In this document: positions 37,159-46,747 of the stretch, in pieces
Layout: each line of letters opens with the position of its first letter
Numbering within the stretch: the stretch's first letter is position 1
NCBI GenBank assembly: GCA_000437315.1
Contig: FR899426.1
Coordinates: 1 to 60,929, forward strand
Reading direction: 5' to 3'
DNA from: Mycoplasma sp. CAG:472
GTDB taxonomy: Bacteria; Bacillota_I; Bacilli_A; RF39; UBA660
DNA: 60,929 nt
Program-made: the position numbers and the translations under genes
Notes under the pieces: generated by a model
What the model was told of the DNA's origin: nothing
Database searches by the model: none
What the model saw: the letters and a program-made list of their open reading frames with translations, nothing else

Positions 37159-37734
37159 CTAATTAATTTTTAGTATTTTTTTTGCAATTATACTTAATAT
37201 ATAGGCAAATATTAACAAAATAACAACTCTGATAATTATTAAAGGATTTTTTAAACTTTCAATTAAACTAACACCTATAAATCCCCAAAAATATACCATA
37301 AAAATTTTACCAATTAATATGCTAATAATAAATTTTTTCTTATCAATATTTGCTATAGCTGCAGCAATATTTATTAAAAAAGCTGGTGTAAAAGGAATAG
37401 CAATAACTAAAATTAAATTGGTTATATCCATATTTTTTATTATTTTAATTGTTTTTTGTAATAAACCTGACTTTTGAGCAGTATCTAAAGCAATAGTTTT
37501 AACTCCTTTTTTTACTAATACATAAGATAAATAACACCCTATACAGGTAAATATCCAAGATAATAAAAACCCTACAAACTTACCAAAAAAATAAAAATTT
37601 ATTGTAATAAATACACATAATGGAAGTACTGGTAAAATTGATTCAATTACTATTAAAAAGCATGCTAAAATTGGAGCAAATACTCCCAAAGATAATAGAA
37701 ATGTCTCTAAAAAATCTGATATATTTTCAATCAT
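37159..37734 (-). CDS. TVP38/TMEM64 (DedA-related) family membrane protein
   Basis: 191 aa and 5-6 TM helices. Family call from size and topology and the PLCVFITINFYFFG..GFLLSW region. Confidence 0.6.
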   Translation of the reverse strand: MIENISDFLETFLLSLGVFAPILACFLIVIESILPVLPLCVFITINFYFFGKFVGFLLSWIFTCIGCYLSYVLVKKGVKTIALDTAQKSGLLQKTIKIIKNMDITNLILVIAIPFTPAFLINIAAAIANIDKKKFIISILIGKIFMVYFWGFIGVSLIESLKNPLIIIRVVILLIFAYILSIIAKKILKIN

Positions 37735-37763
37735 ATAATACTCCTAATAAAATTATAGTATGT

Positions 37764-38021
37764 TTAAAAGTTTTTTACAAGAACAACATCATAGCCATAA
37801 AATGTTAACATTCTTACAACCTTTCTACTTAATGTACCTTTTCTACACATTATATAGTATGTTTCATTTTTTTTTAGATATAACCCTGGATTTAATAATA
37901 GCTTATCAGCATATATATTTTTACTTCTTGGATCATGAAACTCTTCATAATCAAGAGGATGTTGAACATCAATGAGCTTTCCTAAATAGCTTTCGTAATT
38001 TTCATATTCAATGACTTTCAT
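37764..38021 (-). CDS. Single-domain rhodanese-like protein
   Basis: 85 aa; active-site loop CRKGTLSR (CxxGxR[ST]). Confidence 0.7.
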   Translation of the reverse strand: MKVIEYENYESYLGKLIDVQHPLDYEEFHDPRSKNIYADKLLLNPGLYLKKNETYYIMCRKGTLSRKVVRMLTFYGYDVVLVKNF

Positions 38022-38047
38022 AAAAAAACCTCATAATAATATATGAG
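38022..38047 (-). terminator. Intrinsic terminator after the coupling-protein gene
   Basis: Minus-strand CTCATA-TATTAT-TATGAG followed by GTTTTTTT, abutting the rhodanese start codon. Confidence 0.55.
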
Positions 38048-38065
38048 ATTTTATTTTATTTGTCA

Positions 38066-40306
38066 CTAATCATCAAAGAAATCATCCAAATAGTCATCGT
38101 CATCAGATACTGAATTATTAATTATCTCACTATCTTTATCAACATTTAACATCGTATTAGGCTCATCCTTAAGATTAATTTCTTGAGTAAATCCATCTGA
38201 TTCATCATTATTTTCAGGAACTTCAGTTTTCTCAAGTTTTTTAATAATTTCGTCAATATCTTCAGATGGCTTTTTTTCAACAATTGGTTTAATAACTGGT
38301 TTATCTTCAATAATATTTTCAGATTGTTTTTTAAGCTCATTTTCTTTCTTTTCTTCTTCATCAAGTGCTTGAAGTTTCTTTTCAATTTCTTTTACCATAT
38401 CATCAATATCTTTAGAGGTTACTTCGCCACCACCCATAAATGGATTAGGAGCAGGCGCTTGATTAGATGTCATTGGACTCGAATTAGGCCTAGGACCCAT
38501 AAATGGATTAGCTCCCATAAACGGATTAAATCCACCACCACCCATAAATGGATTATCCATACCACCCATCATTCCAGGATTATTCATTGCTTCTTCTTTT
38601 TTCTTTTCTGAAACAAATTTCTTTACATCAAATAGTTCTATTTGAGTTTTTTCTCTTGTCGGAAGTACAGCATCTTTTCTTTCAATACCCCAATCAATTT
38701 TAAAGTCAGGCGCTAAATCAGTTTTAAATGGATTTTTACGCCATCTAATAATTATTGCTTGAAATAATTTTAATTTTTGTAAATCAGATACTGTTACAAG
38801 TGGAGTTGAGGCAGTTTTATCTTTTTCTTTAGATTTAACTTCTCCACACATTTTACTAATTTCTTCGAGAGCTTTAAGTTCTGTAGAAATTAAATAAATC
38901 AAATTACCACAGTTTCCCTTAATAACTTGTGCAACTTCCTCACCATAAACATCATTTAGTTGAGCAAAGTTTTGAATAATGAATGAAAATCTAATTGCTC
39001 TACTTCTTGCAGCTGTAACCATTGAATCAACATCCTTAAGCGGAGGCATATTTGCAAACTCATCAAGAATAAAATTTGTACGATAAGTAAGTTTACCACC
39101 ATTTGCTTGTGCACAATCTATTAAAGTTTCATAACACTGTTTAATAAATATTGTCATAAGTCCATGATATGTTTTCTTTTCATCGTGAATTATCATAAAT
39201 ACCGCTGTCTTTTTATTACCAATATCTCTCATATCAAAATCTGAATATGAAAGCATTTCACTTAAATTTTCTTTTGTTGAGAATAATCTTATTTTTTGTC
39301 TAAATGTTGAAAGGATACCACCTTTTGTATCATTTGGTGCATTTATTGTATTCGAAGCAAATATATATGCAGGACTTGCTTCACCTTTTAAATTAAAATA
39401 TTCTTGAATATATGTTTTTGTACCACGGCGTTCCTCGCCTACTGTAGACATAAAATTAATACTATTTAAATTGACCTCTTTTTCTTTGGCATCCATAAAT
39501 AGGCCCATTGTTAAACCCGAAAAATAGTCTGCAGCACTTTTTTGCCAGAAAGCAGAATCTCCACCTTCACTTTTATCATATAAAATATTAAGTGATACGT
39601 CCTCTAAAAGTTCTGTAGCTTTATCTTGATTACCTTGTTTATAATACATATATGGTAGTGCAAGTGGATTCCAAGAATTACCTTTTTCTGGATCACGGAA
39701 GTTAAGTATTACAATATTATAACCCTGTTTTTTTAAATATTCTCCACAATATTGATAAATTTCACCTTTAGGATCAGTAATAACCATACTTTCACCTTTT
39801 TTAGAAAGTAAATTAACAAGTGGCTTAACTACACATTCTGTTTTACCTGAACCAGTGGAACCAATAATTAAGTTATGATATTCACCATTATCAACCCACA
39901 TCTCTTTACCATTATTTACAAGAGCAACACCAGCTGCCTCAATATGATCATCTATAGTTCTTACTTTAACAATATTTTTATCAGTTTTAATATCTTTATC
40001 ACTAGCCCATTTTGAATAACCATCACTACTTTTTTCAGAAAAAAATAGTCCAAAGCCCTCTCCTTTATCTTTACTAAATATTTTCGAAGATACGCTAGTA
40101 AATATTAAAATTAGTGCAGCTACAAAAAGTCCTAAAGTAAATCCAATATATTGAGGTGTAAATGCTTTAAATGGAAGTAAGCCATAAAACGTTCCATCCG
40201 TGGAAAATGAAGAAAAATTTAGTACTGCTATAGCACAAAAATATAAAAGTATTCCACAATAAATACAAAATAACATAAAATCTTTTTTGGTAACTTTAAA
40301 TTTCAT
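38066..40306 (-). CDS. VirD4/TraG-family type IV coupling protein with repetitive and acidic C-terminal tail
   Basis: Two N-terminal TM helices; Walker A GSTGSGKTE; Walker B FILDEFANMPP; then 4 x NPFMG repeats and the tail DDDDYLDDFFDD. Confidence 0.9.
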   Translation of the reverse strand: MKFKVTKKDFMLFCIYCGILLYFCAIAVLNFSSFSTDGTFYGLLPFKAFTPQYIGFTLGLFVAALILIFTSVSSKIFSKDKGEGFGLFFSEKSSDGYSKWASDKDIKTDKNIVKVRTIDDHIEAAGVALVNNGKEMWVDNGEYHNLIIGSTGSGKTECVVKPLVNLLSKKGESMVITDPKGEIYQYCGEYLKKQGYNIVILNFRDPEKGNSWNPLALPYMYYKQGNQDKATELLEDVSLNILYDKSEGGDSAFWQKSAADYFSGLTMGLFMDAKEKEVNLNSINFMSTVGEERRGTKTYIQEYFNLKGEASPAYIFASNTINAPNDTKGGILSTFRQKIRLFSTKENLSEMLSYSDFDMRDIGNKKTAVFMIIHDEKKTYHGLMTIFIKQCYETLIDCAQANGGKLTYRTNFILDEFANMPPLKDVDSMVTAARSRAIRFSFIIQNFAQLNDVYGEEVAQVIKGNCGNLIYLISTELKALEEISKMCGEVKSKEKDKTASTPLVTVSDLQKLKLFQAIIIRWRKNPFKTDLAPDFKIDWGIERKDAVLPTREKTQIELFDVKKFVSEKKKEEAMNNPGMMGGMDNPFMGGGGFNPFMGANPFMGPRPNSSPMTSNQAPAPNPFMGGGEVTSKDIDDMVKEIEKKLQALDEEEKKENELKKQSENIIEDKPVIKPIVEKKPSEDIDEIIKKLEKTEVPENNDESDGFTQEINLKDEPNTMLNVDKDSEIINNSVSDDDDYLDDFFDD

Positions 40307-40353
40307 TTTTCCTCCTTTTCAATGAATTTATTATACAACATAAAATGCACTTT

Positions 40354-41175
40354 TTAAATAACTTTTGTAAATTTACTTCCGTTAAATTCATACATACTAA
40401 ATGTTTCTTTTAAATTACTTTCATTTAACATATTAAATACAATATATATTTTATTATTTATTTTTAGTATAGATTTCAATGTATAAGAATATTCACTTTT
40501 TAAATTATTTGTTGTATGTTTAAATATAACATAGTTTTCATTCAAATAAGTTAAGTAAGCCAAATTATAATATAGTGATTGTTCTCCATACAAATTCGAT
40601 ACAATTGTAACATCCATATTTCCTGTAGAATAACGATAATTATAATGTAAGTTTTCTTGAACATTAACTTTACTATTATTTAATACCTTATTTGCTTCAG
40701 TTATGTACTGACTATTAAAATCTTCGGCTGTAAAAGAAACATTTTCTAAATTTAAGCCATCAGAATATGCTAAAAGGCTTCCCTCATAATTAACATATTC
40801 TTTATTATCATCAAATAAGTTCCATACAGTTCCATATTTTAAATTATAAATGCCATAATAATTACCATCAATGTATACGTTTAATTTTTTATTTTCTACA
40901 CTAGAATTTTTGCAATAACTAAACTTGTTTTTAGTTTTATTATACAATATGCAGTATTCATCAATTACTAAATATTTAATATCATCCTTAACAACTGGAG
41001 TAGTATTTGTATTATTACCACTTATATTATTTGATAAATTTGAGTTATGACTATTATCAATATTAACATTTACATCATCATTATTTTTAAATAAAGCAAA
41101 ATATACTATTAAAGAACCAAAAATACAAACCATAAGAGTAATAATTATTATACTTAATTTATTAAATTTTCCCAT
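40354..41175 (-). CDS. Membrane-anchored conjugation-cluster protein (unknown; occupies the VirB8/TcpC-like position)
   Basis: N-terminal TM and an Asn/Ser-rich linker; 273 aa; located between the hydrolase and the coupling protein. Confidence 0.5.
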   Translation of the reverse strand: MGKFNKLSIIIITLMVCIFGSLIVYFALFKNNDDVNVNIDNSHNSNLSNNISGNNTNTTPVVKDDIKYLVIDEYCILYNKTKNKFSYCKNSSVENKKLNVYIDGNYYGIYNLKYGTVWNLFDDNKEYVNYEGSLLAYSDGLNLENVSFTAEDFNSQYITEANKVLNNSKVNVQENLHYNYRYSTGNMDVTIVSNLYGEQSLYYNLAYLTYLNENYVIFKHTTNNLKSEYSYTLKSILKINNKIYIVFNMLNESNLKETFSMYEFNGSKFTKVI

Positions 41176-41188
41176 ATTTTATCCTTTC

Positions 41189-43048
41189 TTAAGCATTATT
41201 TGAACCGCTTTTATTTTTAAAATATACTCTAAGAGGTCTACATACCATTACAGTACCACCATAATAATTTGTAACTCTAACATCAGATTCAGGATTGCTT
41301 GGATAATGACCTGATGCTTCGAATATTTGACCATTTCCTATATACATTACAACATGACCCCAGTTATTATTAAAGATTAAGTCTCCAGGTATAAAGTCAT
41401 TTACATTAGTACTATTTACAACAGCACCATTTTCTCTACACCATTGTGATTCAGTAACTGTTGTACCAGCATTACCCCAAGGTGTATACAAATAATTTAT
41501 ATTAAATAAACGATATGCTCTATCAACCATTGATGAACAATCTACATAACCATTTTGATTTCTTTTAGCTTGACTATATTGATAATGATCAAATGTTGCA
41601 ATGGCTTTTTTAGAAATTAATGTTCCTAGCTCTCTAATATCATTAATATTCGAAATATCAATATTTCCTATATCAGTTTCAATATTTGTACAATCATATG
41701 GCTCTAGTTCAAAGATTGAGGTTCTAATTTTTGTCATATTACTTACCTGAAACCTAGCATATGCAAGTTGATCTTCATCATTAGTTGGCGTACATTTCGA
41801 AGGGTTAACTGCAGTTGCAGTTCCATTAGATATAGTATATGGACAGGCATTTTTAGCACAAATTTTTTCAACTTCTCTTGCTCTTGACTCATTATCATAA
41901 AATTCATACATATATTTTGCATATTGACAACCGCCTAATGAATTACTTCCTGCATTATACCAGTACTTTCCAATATAGGCATATTTACTCATCATATCAA
42001 TAATTGTATTATATTGAGAAACATTATTAACAAAAGCAAGTACGCCTTCAGAAAAAGAAGAATAAACAGCACCAGAATTTTGCCCATTATAAACTGCTAA
42101 TCCCCAAAAGTTATTTGACCTAACACCTGGTGTAAAGCCTTCTCCTATTGCTCTTACAACAACAAGTTCCGGATTAACATTATTTTTAGTTGCTATATCG
42201 TAAATAGTTCCAGCCTTTTTAACAAATAAATTTGTAGCTTCTGTACTACCTTGTTTTGCTATAAGATTTTTTTCCATTAAACTAATAAATTCACTTCTTG
42301 ATAAAGATGAAGCCTTCATTGGAAAATCACTGCAAGAGCTATTTAAAGAAAGATAATTTGCTTGTTCTTCAGCTCCACCGCCACCTAAAATAACTAGCAT
42401 TATAATCATTAACAAAAATAAAACTAAGATAATTGCTAATATCCAAGGGTGTTTAATAATAAATTGAAAAATTTTTTTTCTTACTAACTGATTTTTTTTA
42501 TCTTTACTCATATCAATTGAGGATTTTTTAGGATTCATTGTAAAATTCATTTTTTGTTTATTATTACTAATATTAGTGTTTGGATTCGTGTTAGCATTTG
42601 GTTTAACTGGACCTTTTCCAGCTCCTGAACCAGATAAAGCATTCATAGCAGCTTGTCCTTTATCTAAAATACCATCATCATCAAGTTTATTAACCGTTTT
42701 TTGAATATTTCTTCCTGCAAAAGATCTTTTAGTTATATTATGCATTTTCTTGCCAACAGATTCATTTAACTTATCACCCAATTTAGTATTGTTAAGTTTA
42801 TTAACTACTTTACCTGCCGTTGGACCACCAAAATAATTAGCAGCAGCCTCAGTAGCCATCTTACTTACTTTTTTATTGGTTTCAATATTTCTTTCTTTTT
42901 GAATTTCTTTATTACTTTTAGCTTGGTAGGCGCCATCTTCATTATAGTTTTCTTTAGGCATCTCTTCAGGAATATTCATTTCATCATATAATGTTTCTTC
43001 TTCATTAACTTGATTTAAGTCTTCATTATTATCCAAGAAAATCACCAC
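41189..43048 (-). CDS. Bifunctional cell-wall hydrolase of the T4SS (central glycosidase-like domain + C-terminal NlpC/P60)
   Basis: Cytoplasmic N-terminus; a single TM (ILAIILVLFLLMIIMLVILG); C-terminal NlpC/P60 Cys/His context YVDCSSMVDRAYR and GDLIFNNNWGHVVMYIG. The architecture resembles CwlT or TcpG-type enzymes. Confidence 0.8.
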   Translation of the reverse strand: MVIFLDNNEDLNQVNEEETLYDEMNIPEEMPKENYNEDGAYQAKSNKEIQKERNIETNKKVSKMATEAAANYFGGPTAGKVVNKLNNTKLGDKLNESVGKKMHNITKRSFAGRNIQKTVNKLDDDGILDKGQAAMNALSGSGAGKGPVKPNANTNPNTNISNNKQKMNFTMNPKKSSIDMSKDKKNQLVRKKIFQFIIKHPWILAIILVLFLLMIIMLVILGGGGAEEQANYLSLNSSCSDFPMKASSLSRSEFISLMEKNLIAKQGSTEATNLFVKKAGTIYDIATKNNVNPELVVVRAIGEGFTPGVRSNNFWGLAVYNGQNSGAVYSSFSEGVLAFVNNVSQYNTIIDMMSKYAYIGKYWYNAGSNSLGGCQYAKYMYEFYDNESRAREVEKICAKNACPYTISNGTATAVNPSKCTPTNDEDQLAYARFQVSNMTKIRTSIFELEPYDCTNIETDIGNIDISNINDIRELGTLISKKAIATFDHYQYSQAKRNQNGYVDCSSMVDRAYRLFNINYLYTPWGNAGTTVTESQWCRENGAVVNSTNVNDFIPGDLIFNNNWGHVVMYIGNGQIFEASGHYPSNPESDVRVTNYYGGTVMVCRPLRVYFKNKSGSNNA

Positions 43049-43096
43049 CTATCAATATAAGAATTATAACATAAAAACAGCTGTTTCTACAACAAT

Positions 43097-44029
43097 TTAT
43101 CTATGCATATTTATTCTATTTACGATATTTTCATAAAACATATTAAACTTTATTAAACTTTCATTTAAATTTGGGAGATTTCTAAAATATGGATAATTAT
43201 TTTTTAAACCATTATATGTTATTAATGATTCTTTAAAAAAGTTAATAAAGGGCATTAACTCTTCATAAGTTATACTATTTATACTATCATTATTTATCTT
43301 TACAATAAATATATTTACAAGTATGTTTTGAATTAAAGGAATAAAATAAACATTATCTTCATTAAATCTTTCAGAATATCTATAGTTTATATTTTTAAAT
43401 AATTTATTAATATCTTCATTAGGACAAATTTCCTTAAGTTTTTGAATTAATAAAGCTACACCTAAAGTATTATAATAAGAATACGCAATTACATCATTAC
43501 CTAGTATACACATTAACATATTAGTAATTTTCATATCAATATAATAAAAATTATTATTAATATTATAATAACTACAAGCTAAATATTCAGTATAACCTTC
43601 GGTTAAAGATCTACTATAAAGTTCAGTTATATTAACAGGGTATTTATCAAAACCAGAATAATAAATATTACCATCTTTTTTTGAACTAGCCATATGCATT
43701 AATTCATGATATAAAAATAAGTTTATATATTTATTAAAATAAATAACATTAATATTATTTTTTTTAAGAAATTTTTTTATTGCATAAGAATCTATAATTA
43801 TTTTATTTTCATTAGCATCATATATTCCGAATGAATAAAAATTTTTTAATATCTTAGTTTTATCTAGATTTAACTGAACTTTTAATGTTGATAAATTGTT
43901 ATAAAAATTATATCTAAGATTAAATGGAATACTTTTTTCTACATCATAAAGAACCTTTGTGAAAGGACCTAAAGACTTTCTTAAGCTAGTATTTTTGTTT
44001 AATATCTCCCCCAATAAAATAGTTTTCAT
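43097..44029 (-). CDS. Hypothetical protein with HExxH zincin motif
   Basis: LFLYHELMHMASS, followed by LTEGYTEYLA as a possible third ligand region. Confidence 0.5.
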   Translation of the reverse strand: MKTILLGEILNKNTSLRKSLGPFTKVLYDVEKSIPFNLRYNFYNNLSTLKVQLNLDKTKILKNFYSFGIYDANENKIIIDSYAIKKFLKKNNINVIYFNKYINLFLYHELMHMASSKKDGNIYYSGFDKYPVNITELYSRSLTEGYTEYLACSYYNINNNFYYIDMKITNMLMCILGNDVIAYSYYNTLGVALLIQKLKEICPNEDINKLFKNINYRYSERFNEDNVYFIPLIQNILVNIFIVKINNDSINSITYEELMPFINFFKESLITYNGLKNNYPYFRNLPNLNESLIKFNMFYENIVNRINMHR

Positions 44030-44044
44030 GAAAACTATGATACC

Positions 44045-44072
44045 ATTAAAAAAAGCCTATGTAAAGGCTTTT
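44045..44072 (-). terminator. Internal terminator-like hairpin just after virB4
   Basis: Minus-strand AAGCCT-TTACAT-AGGCTT followed by TTTTTTTAA. Confidence 0.5.
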
Positions 44073-45861
44073 AATATCCACCACCAGAACCAAATGAATC
44101 AAGTTCTTCTTGAGTAGCAATGACAGTCATATTCATACGTCTATTACCACATATAAGAAGTCCTTCACCTTGGTTATAGTATTTTATTCTTTCCATTTCA
44201 GTTTCATTTAAATCGATTAACTTAGAAAGATCATCAACGGCTTGTTTTCTTAAATTCATTATTAAATAACTTGATGCATTATCAAATATTGCTTTACCAT
44301 GCATTATTAAATTTGGAGCTGCGAAATCGGTTGGTTGTTGTGTAATTACAATAGTTCCTGTATTATATTTTCTTGCTCTTCTTTGAATTTGAGATAAGAA
44401 TTCTGCACCAAGTTCATTGTGATTAGATAAAAGTACGTGTGCTTCATCAACCATCATTACAGTATTTATATCTTTATCAAGACAAAGTCCCCATGCATAT
44501 TTTAATATGTTAAAGAATAGAGCATTTTTAATATTTTCATCACTATTCATAATTTCCTTTATATTAAATACAATAAAGTCACTATTAATTTGAAGTGTTG
44601 TATGACCTGTAAAATAATATCTTAATTCCTTAATTAAAGGTCTTATTTTAAGTTCAAGTCTTTCCATTACATCTCTTTCTCTTGTTGCATCTGTCATTGA
44701 TAAAAGTCTTCCTTTTATAGTGGCATAAACATCGTCAAATGTAGGGAAATCTGCACTCGTAAGTTTAGTAAAATCAGTTTCATAATCTATCTTATATCTT
44801 TTATAAGTATCTTGAACTATTTCACTAAATAATGTTAATACATCCTCTTCGATTGAAGGATTATAATATTTCATAAAGGCTTTTAACTGCTGAAGTGTTC
44901 TTGTAAGAACTGTATAGCCAAGTCCCTGTTCTATTTCGGTTTCATCAACATCAACAACAATTTCAAGTGGATTAATCATACCAAAATCTCCACCTTTACC
45001 AAGGTCTAGGAAATCACCTTTCATCATATTAACCATTTCACCAAGTTCACCCTCTGGATCAATACATACACATTTTAAACCATTTCTTAAATGAGTTCTA
45101 AGAAGTAGTTTAGCAGCAGTACTTTTTCCTGAACCGGATGTACCAAGAATAATAATATTTGCATTATTACGATTATTTTCTTTTTTTATTTGAAATAAAA
45201 ATTGGTTATATAAAATTACACCACCAGATCTATCCATTCCAAGAAGTGTTCCTGCACCAGGATCTTTTACTGAATCAAATACAAAAGGATACATTCCCGC
45301 AATTGTAACTGAAGGAAGTGGAATACCAATTCTTTTTTCAATATCTTGTTCTGGAAATATTGGTATCATACTTTTTAATGCTTTTTCTTGTTCAAACATT
45401 AAAGATACTGCTCTCATACCAAGTGCATCAATATAATTTCTAACTTGAATTTTAGTAAGTTCTAAAGCATCTTTAGAATCTGCTGAAACCATTAAATGCA
45501 TTTGAAAATCAAATATTCTAGCTTGTGATGAAGCAAGCATAGAAATAAATTGTTCCAAAGATTCATAATCTTGTCTAATTCTTTCTTGAGTTGTTTGATC
45601 TTTTTCTTGCTGATATCTAATTTTTAAATCCGCTATTTCTTTATTTAACATCTTTTTTAAAATTTCAAATGAAATAGGAATATGTTTTATAGCAAGTCTA
45701 ACTCCAGGAATATTTGTAATATCAGATAAATAACCTGGAAATATACTTCTTGGATAACCGACAACAGTCATAATTGTATAGTATTTATCTCCAAGCATAA
45801 ATTCTGTAGCTGGTCTAAAATTAATACCTTTAGGTGCTACTTCACTTTTAAGTTTACTCAT
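44071..45861 (-). CDS. VirB4-like conjugal transfer ATPase, C-terminal 596-aa part
   Basis: Walker A GTSGSGKST; Walker B VMMVDEAH; ITQQPTDF. Confidence 0.9.
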   Translation of the reverse strand: MSKLKSEVAPKGINFRPATEFMLGDKYYTIMTVVGYPRSIFPGYLSDITNIPGVRLAIKHIPISFEILKKMLNKEIADLKIRYQQEKDQTTQERIRQDYESLEQFISMLASSQARIFDFQMHLMVSADSKDALELTKIQVRNYIDALGMRAVSLMFEQEKALKSMIPIFPEQDIEKRIGIPLPSVTIAGMYPFVFDSVKDPGAGTLLGMDRSGGVILYNQFLFQIKKENNRNNANIIILGTSGSGKSTAAKLLLRTHLRNGLKCVCIDPEGELGEMVNMMKGDFLDLGKGGDFGMINPLEIVVDVDETEIEQGLGYTVLTRTLQQLKAFMKYYNPSIEEDVLTLFSEIVQDTYKRYKIDYETDFTKLTSADFPTFDDVYATIKGRLLSMTDATRERDVMERLELKIRPLIKELRYYFTGHTTLQINSDFIVFNIKEIMNSDENIKNALFFNILKYAWGLCLDKDINTVMMVDEAHVLLSNHNELGAEFLSQIQRRARKYNTGTIVITQQPTDFAAPNLIMHGKAIFDNASSYLIMNLRKQAVDDLSKLIDLNETEMERIKYYNQGEGLLICGNRRMNMTVIATQEELDSFGSGGGY

Positions 45862-45862
45862 A

Positions 45863-46429
45863 TTACATCACCGCCCTAAAATTAGTAGATATACCATCAT
45901 TTAAATAATTATCAAGAAGTATTCTTAAATCAGCATTACTAGTTTGAGTAGAATTAAGTCCTGCATTACTAAGACCACTTATTAAAGTATGTAATTTTTT
46001 TTGAACTAATTCCATCTTCTTTTCTTTAAATAAAAATGTATATTCTGTATCAACTACATTATAATCTCTACTCATAAATAGATTTGCTTTATTAATATCT
46101 TGCATAATAAGTTTTCTAATAGCACTATTAGGATTCTTATTATATTCAACTTGTAATTCATTAAGGTATAAACTTATATCAACAGGTCTATCTGAAACTA
46201 AAAGCCAAAAATCAAAATCTAGAGTATTATAAAATGTTGATAAATTAAATAATGTAGCATTTTGACTTTGTTCATCTAATATAAATATATTTTTTGGACT
46301 AACCTTAACTCCAGTTACATAATAACCATCATCAGTTAAAATCATTCCATTATTGATTGACTTAATAGGAAGCCAATCTTCAGCATATTTTACTCCACTT
46401 GGAGCACTATTACTGTTCATTTGTGTCAT
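45863..46429 (-). CDS. N-terminal domain of the VirB4-like ATPase, encoded as a separate 188-aa ORF
   Basis: WLPIKSINNGMILTDDGYYVTGVKVSPKNIFILDEQSQ matches the N-terminal region of single-chain Firmicute VirB4 (CD1110-type) proteins as I recall them. It ends TAA, then 1 nt, then the ATG of the next ORF. Confidence 0.65.
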   Translation of the reverse strand: MTQMNSNSAPSGVKYAEDWLPIKSINNGMILTDDGYYVTGVKVSPKNIFILDEQSQNATLFNLSTFYNTLDFDFWLLVSDRPVDISLYLNELQVEYNKNPNSAIRKLIMQDINKANLFMSRDYNVVDTEYTFLFKEKKMELVQKKLHTLISGLSNAGLNSTQTSNADLRILLDNYLNDGISTNFRAVM

Positions 46430-46727
46430 CTTTTACACACCAACCTTTCCAATAGTATTTTCTTGTATTAGTATAAAAATCTAACATGTTATTAAGTAGT
46501 TGCATAACATTATGATAGTTTCTTACAGGCATTACAAGTCCTGCAGCAATAAGCACAGGTATTATAGCAATTATTAATTCAACAGTTGTTGGATTTTTTA
46601 AGATAATTAATAATGCTATAGTAATTGCCGCACCAATTAAACAAAGTATTAAGTCTGGCCAAGTAAAGAAGCCAAATATTAATTGTGACTTTTTACTATT
46701 GGCAGGTACTAAATATTGATTTCTCAC
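46410..46727 (-). CDS. PrgI/VirB3-like small two-TM conjugation protein
   Basis: 105 aa; GTG start with SD GGAGGA; two TM helices; position immediately upstream of virB4. Confidence 0.7.
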   Translation of the reverse strand: MRNQYLVPANSKKSQLIFGFFTWPDLILCLIGAAITIALLIILKNPTTVELIIAIIPVLIAAGLVMPVRNYHNVMQLLNNMLDFYTNTRKYYWKGWCVKDDTNEQ

Positions 46728-46747
46728 TAGTATTTCCTCCTTTTATA

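Noticed and set aside
28298-37975. Antisense or alternative-frame ORFs 28298-28666, 32625-32873, 33031-33258, 34833-35021, 36869-37057, 37620-37808 and 37760-37975
   Set aside because: All overlap well-supported genes (glycosyltransferase, ABC permeases and ATPase, L,D-transpeptidase, TVP38, rhodanese). They have no independent support.
38146-38611. ORFs 38146-38385 (minus strand) and 38324-38611 (plus strand), and the repeated 15-mer CCCATAAATGGATTA, considered as a possible CRISPR-like or tandem DNA repeat
   Set aside because: The repeats are irregularly spaced and sit in frame within the VirD4 tail, where they encode NPFMG. The extra ORFs are alternative frames of low-complexity sequence.
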